Shown: positions 18,895 through 29,129, numbered from the stretch's first letter. The stretch: DNA of 50,984 nt from Coleofasciculus chthonoplastes F2-STO-03 (GCA_040222015.1 JAVJWO010000009.1:1-50984); one strand, 5' to 3'. The notes: generated by a model not told the origin, from the sequence alone. Translations and numbers: made by a program.

Positions 18895-21084
18895 ATGACG
18901 AATTCGATTTGGATTAGTGGTGGTACTCGCACGGGCAAAACAACTCGGCTGGTGACTCTGTTTCGCCAATGGGTAGAAGCGGGATGGGGTCGATCGCGTC
19001 CGTTATCCTCTCCCATTGTCCACAAAAAGCGGCGCGATCGCTATCAGACGCCAGCCCTGTTAATAATGGCCGCCAATGCGGATAATCGTCGAGAGTTGAC
19101 GGATCGCCTCACCACGACGTTACAGGGGCGTTATCCAGTACGTTGTCAAACGCCCTTGGGATTCTTTCAGGATGAGGTGATTCTATTTTGGCCCCTGTTA
19201 ATCCAACGGTTAAATCTGAGAGCGCAGTTTCCCTTGCGCTTGCGCCCGGAAACCGAACAGGATTTAGCCATGCAGTTATGGCGTCCCCACCTGGAATCTG
19301 GATTAATTCCGATACCGGGAAATAATGAGTCAGTTCGGGTGCGGCGTCTGTTAGATTTGTTACAATTAGCCGCCCTGAGTGGGACTGCGATTGAAGAGAT
19401 TCCCAGGATGCTAGAACAGGGAGTGGTGGAACTCGAAGCCACCCCGGATCAATGGGAATTAATTGGTAAACTGCTGGGGGATTGGCGGGGGTGGTGTCTG
19501 CATAAGGGACTGTTAACCTACAGTTTGGTGGGTGAACTCTATTGGCGGGAAATGTTACCCGATGCGACGTATCAGCAGTATTTAACCCAGCGTTATCGGG
19601 CGATACTGGCAGATGATGTGGATGAGTATCCCGCGATCGCACGGGATTTGTTTGATTTACTCTTAGATCAGGGTATCGTGGGGGCGTTTACCTATAATCC
19701 CCAGGGTCAAGTGCGCTTAGGCTTAAATGCTGATCCGGATTATTTGTCAGGATTAGCCTCTCGGTGTCAAGTGGAATCCTTACCCTCACAACCGAATGAT
19801 TCCTTAGCTGATGCGTTATCCCCAATGGCGGTAGACCTGCTCAACGACCCCATGATATTGTCAGACTTGCCGGAGTTTTTGCGATCGCTACAAACCACAT
19901 CCCGCGCTCAGTTGTTGCGCCGCACCGCCGAGGTAATTGTAGACGCGGTGAAATCGGGACAAGTGGAACCGGGAGATATTGCCATCATTGCACCCGGATT
20001 AGACGCGATCGCCCGGTATACTCTAACCGATATTCTCAGCAAACAGGGGATTCCCATCCAACCTCTGAACGAACAGCGCCCCCTAATTAGTTCCCCTTTA
20101 ATTCGAGCATTACTCACCCTGCTAACCCTTGTCTATCCAGGGTTAGGGCGATTAGTGGATCGAGAGGCGATCGCCGAAATGCTTGTGGTTCTTAGTCGTA
20201 CACCCGAACCCGTGGCGACGCCTGATCCCGACTCCCCCATCCCCAGCCCCAATATTGACCCGGTGCGGGCGGGTTTACTCGCCGATTACTGCTACTCTCC
20301 TGATCCCGACTCCCCCCACTTATTACCCGTCGAAGCCTTTGCCCGTTGGGATCGCTTAGGACATCGGGCGACAACGGCTTACACCCAGATTCAGCAATGG
20401 TTAGAGGTGCAACGAGAACAGCAGCAACAGCGCCTAATTCCGTCCTGTGTGGTGATTCTTGATCGCGCCATCCAGAAATTCCTGTGGAATGGCTCTAATC
20501 TACCTTACGACCAAATTGCCGCTTTGCGGGAACTCATGGAAACCGCCCAACATTATTGGGAAGTAGATGGACGATTGCGGAAACTCCCCGCCAATACGAC
20601 TGACGAGGAAATAGCCAGAGGGGGAACACCACCACAGGCGACGATTTCCCAATTTATTCAGTTATTGCGTCGGGGAACCGTCACCGCCAATTCCTTTCCC
20701 CTTCGTCGTCTCCCCGCTACGGCTAATTCAGCCGTTACCCTAGCCACTATTTTCCAATATCGAGCTGCCCGTGGCTATCACCGTTGGCATTTTTGGTTAG
20801 ATGCGGGATCTCATCTTTGGAGTCAGGGAGGTGCAGCGACGTTATTTGCAGCGCCCTTATTTCTCAAGGATTGGTTTGGACAGCCTTGGACCGAAGCCGA
20901 TAAAATCCAAGCAGATGAGGAACGCCTACAGCGAATTTTACAGGATTTGTTAGGGCGAGTGGGTGAGCGAGTGTATTTTTGCCATAGTGATTTAGCCGTC
21001 AATGGGACAGAACAAACCGGTCCATTGTTAAACTTAGTTCATTCCTCAATAGAGTTAACGGCTGAGTCAGTTGTGAGTCATTGA
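18895..21084 (+). CDS. Conserved cyanobacterial UvrD/SF1-helicase-like protein
   Basis: GGTRTGKTT Walker A, ILADDVDEY Walker B-like, PGDIAIIAP. Confidence 0.8.
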   Translation: MTNSIWISGGTRTGKTTRLVTLFRQWVEAGWGRSRPLSSPIVHKKRRDRYQTPALLIMAANADNRRELTDRLTTTLQGRYPVRCQTPLGFFQDEVILFWPLLIQRLNLRAQFPLRLRPETEQDLAMQLWRPHLESGLIPIPGNNESVRVRRLLDLLQLAALSGTAIEEIPRMLEQGVVELEATPDQWELIGKLLGDWRGWCLHKGLLTYSLVGELYWREMLPDATYQQYLTQRYRAILADDVDEYPAIARDLFDLLLDQGIVGAFTYNPQGQVRLGLNADPDYLSGLASRCQVESLPSQPNDSLADALSPMAVDLLNDPMILSDLPEFLRSLQTTSRAQLLRRTAEVIVDAVKSGQVEPGDIAIIAPGLDAIARYTLTDILSKQGIPIQPLNEQRPLISSPLIRALLTLLTLVYPGLGRLVDREAIAEMLVVLSRTPEPVATPDPDSPIPSPNIDPVRAGLLADYCYSPDPDSPHLLPVEAFARWDRLGHRATTAYTQIQQWLEVQREQQQQRLIPSCVVILDRAIQKFLWNGSNLPYDQIAALRELMETAQHYWEVDGRLRKLPANTTDEEIARGGTPPQATISQFIQLLRRGTVTANSFPLRRLPATANSAVTLATIFQYRAARGYHRWHFWLDAGSHLWSQGGAATLFAAPLFLKDWFGQPWTEADKIQADEERLQRILQDLLGRVGERVYFCHSDLAVNGTEQTGPLLNLVHSSIELTAESVVSH

Positions 21085-21360
21085 CGAAGCCTTGTGTTGA
21101 TCCAGACTCTTTGTTATAACACAAGTGACACCGATTTAATCACATTCTGCTGTAGACTCATGCGAAAATGACACAGATTGACACAGAAAGATATTTCAAG
21201 CGATCGCACCCAAGACTCGCATTGTGGCGATATGGGGTAGCATTGAGCGGATCATGGGGAAAATTGGGTGATCAGGGAGTTTCAACTCGGGTGGATTGAG
21301 GAGTGCGATCGCATCGACGCGATAAAATGATAGAGGTGGATTGCTCAAGCGTGACGTTAA

Positions 21361-21561
21361 ATGAAACAAGTCGAACAGATTCAATCGGAAATTGAAGCGC
21401 TCTCCCAGGAGGATTTCCGGCGATTGAGAGAGTGGTTTGCTCAAAAAGATTGGGAAATCTGGGATAAGCAAATTGAGGCGGATAGTGCTAATGGTAAACT
21501 AGATTTTTTGCTGGAAGAAGCAAGGACAGCCAAGTCTCAAGGAAAACTAGGAAACTTGTAA
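21361..21561 (+). CDS. Putative antitoxin of a ParE/RelE-like pair
   Basis: VEQIQSEIEALS...WDKQIEADSANGKLD pattern; directly upstream of the toxin-like gene. Confidence 0.8.
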   Translation: MKQVEQIQSEIEALSQEDFRRLREWFAQKDWEIWDKQIEADSANGKLDFLLEEARTAKSQGKLGNL

Positions 21562-21818
21562 GTGCATCGAACAACCCGAAATTCTGGCAACGTTTTTACG
21601 CCTTACCAGAAACTGTTCAGCGTCAGGCAAGAAAAAGCTATGATTTACTTAAAGCTGATCCCAATCATCCATCTTTAAACTTCAAAAAGGTTGGAAAGTA
21701 TTGGTCAGCAAGGATTGGATTAAGTTATAGAGCCTTAGCCGTAGAAGATGGTTCTGACTTTATTTGGGTATGGATAGGAGATCATGATGAGTATGACAGA
21801 CTGATTCATCGTAATTAG
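21562..21818 (+). pseudogene. ParE/RelE-like toxin with a 1-nt frameshift near codon 6-7 (absent from the ORF track)
   Basis: GTG-HRTT in one frame; FWQRFYALPETVQ...HPSLNFKKVGKYWSARIG...WIGDHDEYDRLI in another frame from 21582. Confidence 0.8.
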
Positions 21819-22307
21819 ATATTTGGCTTGTAGCTTTAAGGTAGAAGCGCGATCGCGTGTTTTTCATGGTATACTTTTAATCGTGGGAAAATGTGCCTGC
21901 CTATAGATCCCCATCAACCCTAAGCCGTAGGGTGGGTTAGGCGGTATTCAATTAAGAGAACAAATCATTTAATTACCTATCTGCCGTAACCCACCAAGTT
22001 ATCGTTTCTAACCAGTGAACAAACGATTCGGGCAATTTCTATCAGATTAAAGGATGTACCCTAACAATAGTGCAGCGAGGAACCCCTACATTACCTACAT
22101 GATCAAATGCACCTGACGGCTACAGCAAGCTCATGCGATCGCGTGTTTTTTTATGGTATACTTTTCATCGTGGGAAAATGTGCTTGCCTATAGACTCGAT
22201 ACATAAGGTGGCAGACGGAGATACAAAAAGAGCGATAAGCTTCGCTTGTGCTCTTATGCAATCGCACGTCCTGGCTGGGCATCTATAATCGATTATTCGT
22301 ATAATTC

Positions 22308-22643
22308 CTAAGCCACAGCGTATCCAGAGTGTTGTCGGACTTTAGACGAATGAAAAGCGAGAACAATTTTGTCTTTAGGAACTCCAGCTGCAACCAGTTC
22401 GCAAGTAATACCATCTTCAATGCCGTCTCTTTGAATCCAAATTTTGTCGTTAATGATTTCGACGTGAACGACACAACCATGAATTCTACGCTTGCCATCC
22501 CATCCAGCATTCATCAGGACGAAGTTATTGCGATCGCGATCGATAATTAATTTACTTTCAATTTGCCCGTGACTGTAAGGAATTCGATGGTGCGCCTCAA
22601 GAATGCGTTGAATAATATCGCGGTATTCTTCTACTCGATCCAT
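22308..22643 (-). CDS. xisI: XisI family protein
   Basis: GWDGKRRIHG, KIWIQRDGIEDGI, GVPKDKIVLAFH. Confidence 0.93.
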   Translation of the reverse strand: MDRVEEYRDIIQRILEAHHRIPYSHGQIESKLIIDRDRNNFVLMNAGWDGKRRIHGCVVHVEIINDKIWIQRDGIEDGITCELVAAGVPKDKIVLAFHSSKVRQHSGYAVA

Positions 22644-23044
22644 TTTACGATCTCCACTTTTTCAGGGTCAAAAATAATTAGGTTTAGCTGCTGGGTTTCT
22701 ACGACCATTTTGGCGATATCTTCTTGAAAAAAATCGAGATACACTTCATCAGAAATGGCTAGATAAAGAATTCTTTGGGGTTCAGATCGTTTTAAAGCCT
22801 CGTGATAAAGGATATATTGTCCCAGGGCTTGTTCCAAATCATTGACAGGTGATGGGCTGGAAAAACCTTTGATTTCAACGGCAATTTTACGCCCTTTTTT
22901 TTCAGCCGCTAGCAGTTTTTCGGCTCCTAAATCAATGTAGACTGAACGAGAACCAATCGTCACTCTGAATAGCTCATCGGTAATCGTCCATTCGTCTTTC
23001 TCCAGCGCAGTTCTTACTGTGTCGTGGTAAACGTCCTTTGCCAT
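22631..23044 (-). CDS. xisH: XisH family protein (PD-(D/E)XK-like)
   Basis: AKDVYHDTVRTALEKDEW, IDLGAEK, IAVEIK, ALGQY; overlaps xisI. Confidence 0.93.
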   Translation of the reverse strand: MAKDVYHDTVRTALEKDEWTITDELFRVTIGSRSVYIDLGAEKLLAAEKKGRKIAVEIKGFSSPSPVNDLEQALGQYILYHEALKRSEPQRILYLAISDEVYLDFFQEDIAKMVVETQQLNLIIFDPEKVEIVKWIE

Positions 23045-23295
23045 TATACTACAGCCTGATTGACCGAAAAATGTACAAACGGTCTCCGATTCTTAATCTT
23101 ACCCTAGGATTAGGGATAGGAAGAGCGACAACGGGCAAAATTGTTAGAGGAGAGACTGCGATCGCTGGGTGTTGATCCAGATTTTTTGTGATAACACAGA
23201 CGACACCGATTGAATCACACTCTGCTGGAGACTCACGATTAAATGACACAGATTGACACAGAAGGACGTTAAGAGCGATCGCACCCAAGACACAC

Positions 23296-23515
23296 TGATG
23301 AGACAACGGTGATTATTGAGATGCAAGTCCTAAATTTATAGGGCTTTGAACAAGGAATTAAGATGGCACGAGAACAAAGAATTCAGCTTGGGCGAGAACA
23401 GGGGATTCAGGAATCTAAAGTAGAAATGGCTAGGAAAATGTTAGGGGTTGTCGATGAAGATACGATTAGTCAGATCACTGGCTCGAGTTTAGAAGAGGTG
23501 CGACGGTTGAGGTAA
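23296..23515 (+). pseudogene. Internally deleted copy of the Rpn gene; retains an intact 50-aa C-terminal ORF (23363-23515)
   Basis: DETTVIIEMQVLNL segment joined to the GREQGIQESK...EEVRRLR tail; AAGGA upstream of ATG 23363. Confidence 0.8.
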
Positions 23516-24013
23516 AAATTGTTATTAAGTGAGTGCGATCGCGTGTTTTTCATGGTATACTTTTAATCGTGGGAAAATGTGCCTGCCTATAGACCTGATC
23601 AACCGTAAACCGTAGGGTGGGTTAGGCGGTATTCAATTAAGAGAACAAATCATTTAATTACCTATCTGCCGTAACCCACCAAGTTATCGTTTCTAACCAG
23701 TGAACAAAAGATTCGGGCAATTTCTATCAGATTAAAGGATGTACCCTAACAATAGTGCAGCGAGGAACCCCTACATTCCCGACATTCCCTACATTCTCAA
23801 ATGCACCTGACGGCTGCAGCAAGCCCATGCGATCGCGCTTGTGTTGATCCAGACTCTTTGTTGTAACACAGATGACACCGATTGAATCACATTCTGCTGT
23901 AGATTCACGCTTAAATGACGCAGATTGACACAGAAAGACGTTAAGAGCGATCTCACCCAAGACACAATGATCGCCTGTTTTTTAGGTAAACTTTTAATTG
24001 GGGGAGGATAACT

Positions 24014-24889
24014 ATGATTTTCATTAATCCGAAAACGGATTTTGCCTTTAAGAAAATATTTGGCTCTGAGCAAAACCCAGAAATCCTAATTAGTTTCCTG
24101 AATTCCCTCCTCTACGGCGGACATCCCCACATCACCGATCTAGAAATTATTAACCCTTATCTGGCTCCGAAGATTCAGGGAATTAAAGATACGTTCCTGG
24201 ATGTAAAAGCTAAACTCACCGATGAGACAACGGTGATTATTGAGATGCAAGTCCTGAATTTATCGGGGTTTGAGAAGCGGATATTGTATAACGCAGCTAT
24301 TGCCTATTCCATTCAGTTGGAACCGGGAGACGATTATACCCTATTGAATCCAGTGATCGCCTTGACGCTGACGGATTTTGAAATGTTTGAGGATTTGCCT
24401 CAGGTGATTTCTAATTTTGTCCTCAAAGAAAAGAAGGTGTTGACGGATTACCCGATTAATGATTTGGAGTTAGTGTTTGTCGAATTACCGAAATTTACCA
24501 AAGAGCTAGACGAATTAGAAACTCTAGCGGATAAATGGATATATTTTATCAAATGTGCCAGAGTATTAGAAACGATACCGGAAGCAATGGCACAAGTCCC
24601 GGAAATTCGCAAGGCGTTTGAAGTAGCGAATCAAGCGAATCTGACTCGTAAAGAGTTAGAAGCTCTCTTACAGAGGGAAATGTATATTCATGACCAACGG
24701 AATGCGATAAAATTAGCATTGAGACAGGGAATTCAAGTCGGGCGAGAACAGGGTATTCAAGTCGGGCGAGAACAGGGTATTCAGGAATCTAAAGTAGAAA
24801 TGGCTAGGAAAATGTTAGGAATTGTCGATGAAGATACGATTAGTCAGATCACTGGCTTGAATTTAGAAGAGGTACGACGGTTGAGGTAG
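24014..24889 (+). CDS. Rpn family PD-(D/E)XK nuclease (PDDEXK_2)
   Basis: NPKTDFAFKKIFG, LDVKA...IIEMQ, FVELPKF, GREQGIQ repeats; GGAGG RBS. Confidence 0.93.
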   Translation: MIFINPKTDFAFKKIFGSEQNPEILISFLNSLLYGGHPHITDLEIINPYLAPKIQGIKDTFLDVKAKLTDETTVIIEMQVLNLSGFEKRILYNAAIAYSIQLEPGDDYTLLNPVIALTLTDFEMFEDLPQVISNFVLKEKKVLTDYPINDLELVFVELPKFTKELDELETLADKWIYFIKCARVLETIPEAMAQVPEIRKAFEVANQANLTRKELEALLQREMYIHDQRNAIKLALRQGIQVGREQGIQVGREQGIQESKVEMARKMLGIVDEDTISQITGLNLEEVRRLR

Positions 24890-25005
24890 AAATTGTTATT
24901 AGTGAATGCGATCGCACTCGTGTTGATCCAGATTCTTTGTGATAACACAAGTGACACTGATTTAATCACATTCTGCTGTGGACTCATACTTAAATAAAAC
25001 AGATT

Positions 25006-25096
25006 CAGGACTTACGCAGCCACACCAGATATACGGGTTTTGGTGCGTTGCGCTTCGCTAACACACCCTACATATAGATCCTTTGCATAAGTCCTA
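25006..25096. mobile_element. 91-bp MITE inserted in repeat A, with 5-bp target duplication
   Basis: TIR CAGGACTTACGCA / TGCATAAGTCCTA; AGATT at 25001-25005 and 25097-25101; other A copies show the empty site. Confidence 0.85.
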
Positions 25097-26027
25097 AGAT
25101 TAACACAGAAAGATGTTTCCAGCGATCGCTCTTCGAGTATTACAGAAGATCGCGTGTTTATTCATGGTAGACTTTTAATCGTGGGAAAATGTGCTTGCCT
25201 ATAAACCTCATCAACCGTCAACCGTAGGGTGGGTTAAGCGGTATTCAATTGAGAGAACAAATCATTTAATTACCTAGGAGCTGTAACCCACCAAGTTATT
25301 GTTTCTAACCTACATTCCCTACATTCAAGGAATGCACCTGACGGATGCAGCCAGCTAATGCGATCGCGCTTGTGTTGATCCAGATTATTTGTGATTACAC
25401 AAGTGACACCGATTGAATCACACTCTGATGTAGACTCACGATTAAGTAACACAGATTGACACAAAAAGAGGTTTTACGCGATCGCACCCAAGACACAATG
25501 ATCGCGTGTTGGTTTATGGTATACTTTTAATCGTGGGAAAATGTGCTTGCCTATAGACCCCATCAACCGTAAACCGTAGGGTGGGTTAAGCGGTATTCAA
25601 TTGAGAGAACAAATCATTTAATTACCTATCCGCTGTAACCCACCAAGTTATCGTTTCTAACGAGGGCAATTTCTATCACATTAAATGATTTTCCCTCACA
25701 ATAGTGCAGCGACTCGCCCCTACATTACCTACATTCTCAAATGCACCTGACAGATGCAGCAAGCCCATGCGATCGCACTCGTGTTGATCCAGATTCTTTG
25801 TTATAACACAAGTGACACCGATTTAATCACATTCTGCTGGAGACTCACGATTAAATAACACAGATTGACACAGATAACCGTTTCATATCTGTCTCAATCG
25901 AATCATCTATTAACGCTGTCCTCACACCTGTATCTGCTATCTGTGAAATCAGTGGGGCTAACCTCTAACATCCCCACCCCTACCGTTTCAATAAATCCGT
26001 GAAATCAGTGTTATGGAATCAAACCGT

Positions 26028-29000
26028 TTAGATGAAGTCTGGTTTCCGGGGATAATCCTCAACCACACGTTCATAAAACGCCTCCAGCGCTTCAACACAG
26101 GTTTTATCGTCATAGAGGCGATCGTGATTCGCTACGATTTGCGCCACAATACTTTTCCGCCACTGAGGGTCTAATCCTAAACGAACAGCAATGTCTATAT
26201 ACTCGGCTTCATCGTTAGCAATGGTGTCGGTGACTCCTAGCATTCGCAAAATGCCGTAGGAATGGCGACCTCGCATAAATTCACCGGGACAGGTGACAAC
26301 AGGTAAATTGCAGGCAATCGCTTCTAAGGTAGTATTACCACCAGACCAGCCTAATGTATCCAGGAAAACATCTGAGACTAAATTGAGACTGAGATAGTCA
26401 TTTTGATTCAGTCTGGATAACGTGACGCAGTACTCTTCACTATCTAAACCAAAGCCAGCAAACGCTTTTTTGAGCCGTTGTAAAAATTGCCGTTTAATTG
26501 AGTCACTCGGATGAGAAATAAAGACAAACTGCGCTTGAGGAACCCGTTGGGCAATGGCGGCAAAGATATAGTCGTATTGGGGTAAATACTTGAACGTAGA
26601 CTGGCACGATAAATATACGGTCGATTGTGGGCGTAGCTTTAACTCTGACCGCCTTTTGCGGGTTTTAGGCAAAACAGGTTTAGGATAGGAAATTCCAATA
26701 TTGGGTAGACGAATTAACTGTTCGGAATAATGGTTTTCTCCATTTTCCGGTTCCATCAAATCGCTGGAGAGGAAGTAATCAATCGTCGGTAGACCGGAAG
26801 TAATCGGATGTCCCCAGGTCAAGCACTGAACTGGTGCAAGACGCAGACCCGCTATTTGTGTGAGAGTGGGATGCATCCCTAAGTCGAGAAAAACCAGAAT
26901 GTGTAATTGGTCAGCAAGAATTTGCTTAGAAATACCTTCTAGATCATTAGGAATATGATGAAAAGCGTGGCTGTATACCCGCAAAAGCTGGGTTCTGGCA
27001 TCAACTCGTAAACCACCGTAGTAACAATAAACTTCAACCTGTTCCGCGTTATGATGTTTCAGCCAACCGCTAAACAGTTTGTTGACCGTTTGGGAGTAGA
27101 GGTAATTGGAGATATAGCCCACCCGAATTTTACCGCTTGGACTTAATGATGGCATCGGTCTAGGTTGAACCCATTGGGGATAGTTGGCAGCCATGACGTG
27201 ATGAACAAATTCCCCGTATTGTATTTGTAAATGCAAATCATCTTTACATTGATACTGTAAGTAAAAATTTGTTCGATAACCTATCCCTTTGAAGGCATTT
27301 TTTGTCGCTTCAGGAGTATCTAAAGAGGTTTGCTGAATTAAATCTTCTAAATATTGAGTGAAGCGGTGGCGGTAAAAATCAATCTCTGCTGTATCATCGT
27401 AAATAATTGGCAGTAAACTCTGCTTTTCCAGTTTCACCGCCAAGTCATAGGGAAACAACTGTGATGCCTCACCAGCAACAGCCATGGCTTCTTCTAGTCG
27501 CCCAAAATTTTGGAGTGTAGCGATGAAGCTTAAGTAAAGTTCAGGATTATTAGGATAAATTTGAATGGCTTGTTGATAAGTTTGAATAGCTTCTTCTTGT
27601 TGATTAAGATTTTTATAGCAATCAGCTAAAGCTTTATAGTAACCTACGTTACATCCGGAATGACCCAAGACTTTTTTAAACCGAGTTACAGCATCTTCAT
27701 AGTTACCTTGATAGTAAGCTGAATAGCCGAAAGCCAGATCGGAGTTTGGCTGATCTGACTTGGCTGCATACGCCAATCCGAGATTTTGTAAAATATCAGG
27801 ATTATTATGCTTTAATTTAATCGCTTTTTGATAAGCATCAATGGCTTCATCGAAATGCTCTTTTTCCATTAAAATATTGCCCAGATTTAGATAGCTGCCA
27901 TAATTATCGGGATTAGCCGTAATTGCTTGCTGATAAATGGACTCAGCCTGATCTAGATCACCAATTGTAGAAAAAATATTTCCTAAGTTGTTATAGGCAT
28001 CAATAAATTGGGGATTTAATGTTATTGATTGTTGATAGGCTTCAATCGCTTTCGCGGTGTTACTCAGTTTTTCTAGGACTAAACCTAGGCTGTAGTGATG
28101 GAGACTGATGGAGGGGTCAAGTCTCAAAGAGATAAGCACTCGTTCGAGAGCATCTGGATACTTTTCTTTATGGTAGTAAACCATGCCTAAATCGTGCCAA
28201 GCTTGAGCATGGTTTTTATCCCACTGTAAAACTTCCTTATACTTTTTTTCTGCCGCATCTAGCTGTCCAGAGACGTGCAGGCTTACGGCTTCTTTATGGA
28301 GAGAGTTCAACGCTTCTTTTTTTTGCTGAAGCTCGAAATCGATATTGAAATTATATAAGGATTTAATAAAAGGTTTATGGCGACGATTTTCTGAGAAGTT
28401 TGACCAACTATAATGATTCTGTTGATTGATATCCCAGTTCAAAACCTGAAGTCCATTGCCAAATGTGTGATGACTATCTTCGGGCGTGGGTAAATCTAAC
28501 AGGAGTTGACAGTGAGGGTGAGTCGCCAGGAAATCCCAATTGGCTTGCTGGACGCTACTCCAATTACTATTATTGACTATAATTAGGGATTGTTCTGCCA
28601 AAAAGGGTTTGACGAGAAGTAAGCTGATTAGTTGGGATCTATAATCATGATTGCCATTATAAAAATATACTCCTATTTTGAGATCGGGGTTTATTTCCTT
28701 TAAATCCAAGAAAAATTCCTCGAAATTTTGATTACAAAATAATACTTGCTCATCGAGATTAAATGCGCTTAAATTATCCAGCAATATTTCCAGATTATCT
28801 TCACAGGTATCAACTCCATAAAAATCATCTACAGCATAGGCGTTTCCTTCGGGGTGATTCAGCAGAGCGCCAATTAAGTTAGCTCCCTGAAAACAGCCAA
28901 TTTCACAGTACACTTCATCCGGTTCCATACACTCCACGGCGAAGTTTAGCAATTGCATGATATTGGCTGTAGTCTTGCCTTCAACGTTATCAAGTACAGC

Positions 29001-29090
29001 CTGGAACGGGTCATTTTTTGGATGAACTGACTCTTGCCCTAAGTTTTCGTATAAGTTGGGTAACTGCTGAATAAATTTGGTATAGTCCAT
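26028..29090 (-). CDS. Methyltransferase_24-like domain, TPR repeats and GT41 (OGT/SPINDLY-like) glycosyltransferase fusion
   Basis: YCEIGCFQG; many TPRs; APVQCLTWGHPITSG, CQSTFKY, DVFLDTLGWSGGNTTLEAI. Confidence 0.88.
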   Translation of the reverse strand: MDYTKFIQQLPNLYENLGQESVHPKNDPFQAVLDNVEGKTTANIMQLLNFAVECMEPDEVYCEIGCFQGANLIGALLNHPEGNAYAVDDFYGVDTCEDNLEILLDNLSAFNLDEQVLFCNQNFEEFFLDLKEINPDLKIGVYFYNGNHDYRSQLISLLLVKPFLAEQSLIIVNNSNWSSVQQANWDFLATHPHCQLLLDLPTPEDSHHTFGNGLQVLNWDINQQNHYSWSNFSENRRHKPFIKSLYNFNIDFELQQKKEALNSLHKEAVSLHVSGQLDAAEKKYKEVLQWDKNHAQAWHDLGMVYYHKEKYPDALERVLISLRLDPSISLHHYSLGLVLEKLSNTAKAIEAYQQSITLNPQFIDAYNNLGNIFSTIGDLDQAESIYQQAITANPDNYGSYLNLGNILMEKEHFDEAIDAYQKAIKLKHNNPDILQNLGLAYAAKSDQPNSDLAFGYSAYYQGNYEDAVTRFKKVLGHSGCNVGYYKALADCYKNLNQQEEAIQTYQQAIQIYPNNPELYLSFIATLQNFGRLEEAMAVAGEASQLFPYDLAVKLEKQSLLPIIYDDTAEIDFYRHRFTQYLEDLIQQTSLDTPEATKNAFKGIGYRTNFYLQYQCKDDLHLQIQYGEFVHHVMAANYPQWVQPRPMPSLSPSGKIRVGYISNYLYSQTVNKLFSGWLKHHNAEQVEVYCYYGGLRVDARTQLLRVYSHAFHHIPNDLEGISKQILADQLHILVFLDLGMHPTLTQIAGLRLAPVQCLTWGHPITSGLPTIDYFLSSDLMEPENGENHYSEQLIRLPNIGISYPKPVLPKTRKRRSELKLRPQSTVYLSCQSTFKYLPQYDYIFAAIAQRVPQAQFVFISHPSDSIKRQFLQRLKKAFAGFGLDSEEYCVTLSRLNQNDYLSLNLVSDVFLDTLGWSGGNTTLEAIACNLPVVTCPGEFMRGRHSYGILRMLGVTDTIANDEAEYIDIAVRLGLDPQWRKSIVAQIVANHDRLYDDKTCVEALEAFYERVVEDYPRKPDFI

Positions 29091-29129
29091 TGGCTCTGAA
29101 CCTATTTTGGTTATTCTAATCTAAAGGGT

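Larger units (their letters stand above)
21093..25875. repeat. Cassette array 1: modular repeats A (about 120 bp, x6), B (about 55 bp, x5) and REP+C (x4), joined at HIP1 sites
   Basis: A starts near 21095, 23169, 23841, 24920, 25372, 25781; B near 21857, 22143, 23543, 25152, 25505; GTAGGGTGGGTTA...TAACCCACC near 21927, 23612, 25224, 25576. Confidence 0.92.

Noticed and set aside
24014..24889. Rpn gene as an IS transposase
   Set aside because: No TIRs or target duplication; the family is better explained as a nuclease/toxin
23049..25464. Minus-strand ORFs 23049-23306, 23144-23326, 23727-23960, 23789-24073 and 25270-25464
   Set aside because: They derive from repeat A; other copies have stops in the same frames
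21093..25875. CRISPR array or classical integron
   Set aside because: Repeats are 55-120 bp modules without regular unique spacers; no cas or intI gene and no clear attC ends
25936..26012. ATC(T/C)GTGAAATCAGTG seen twice
   Set aside because: Only two short copies; no function can be supported
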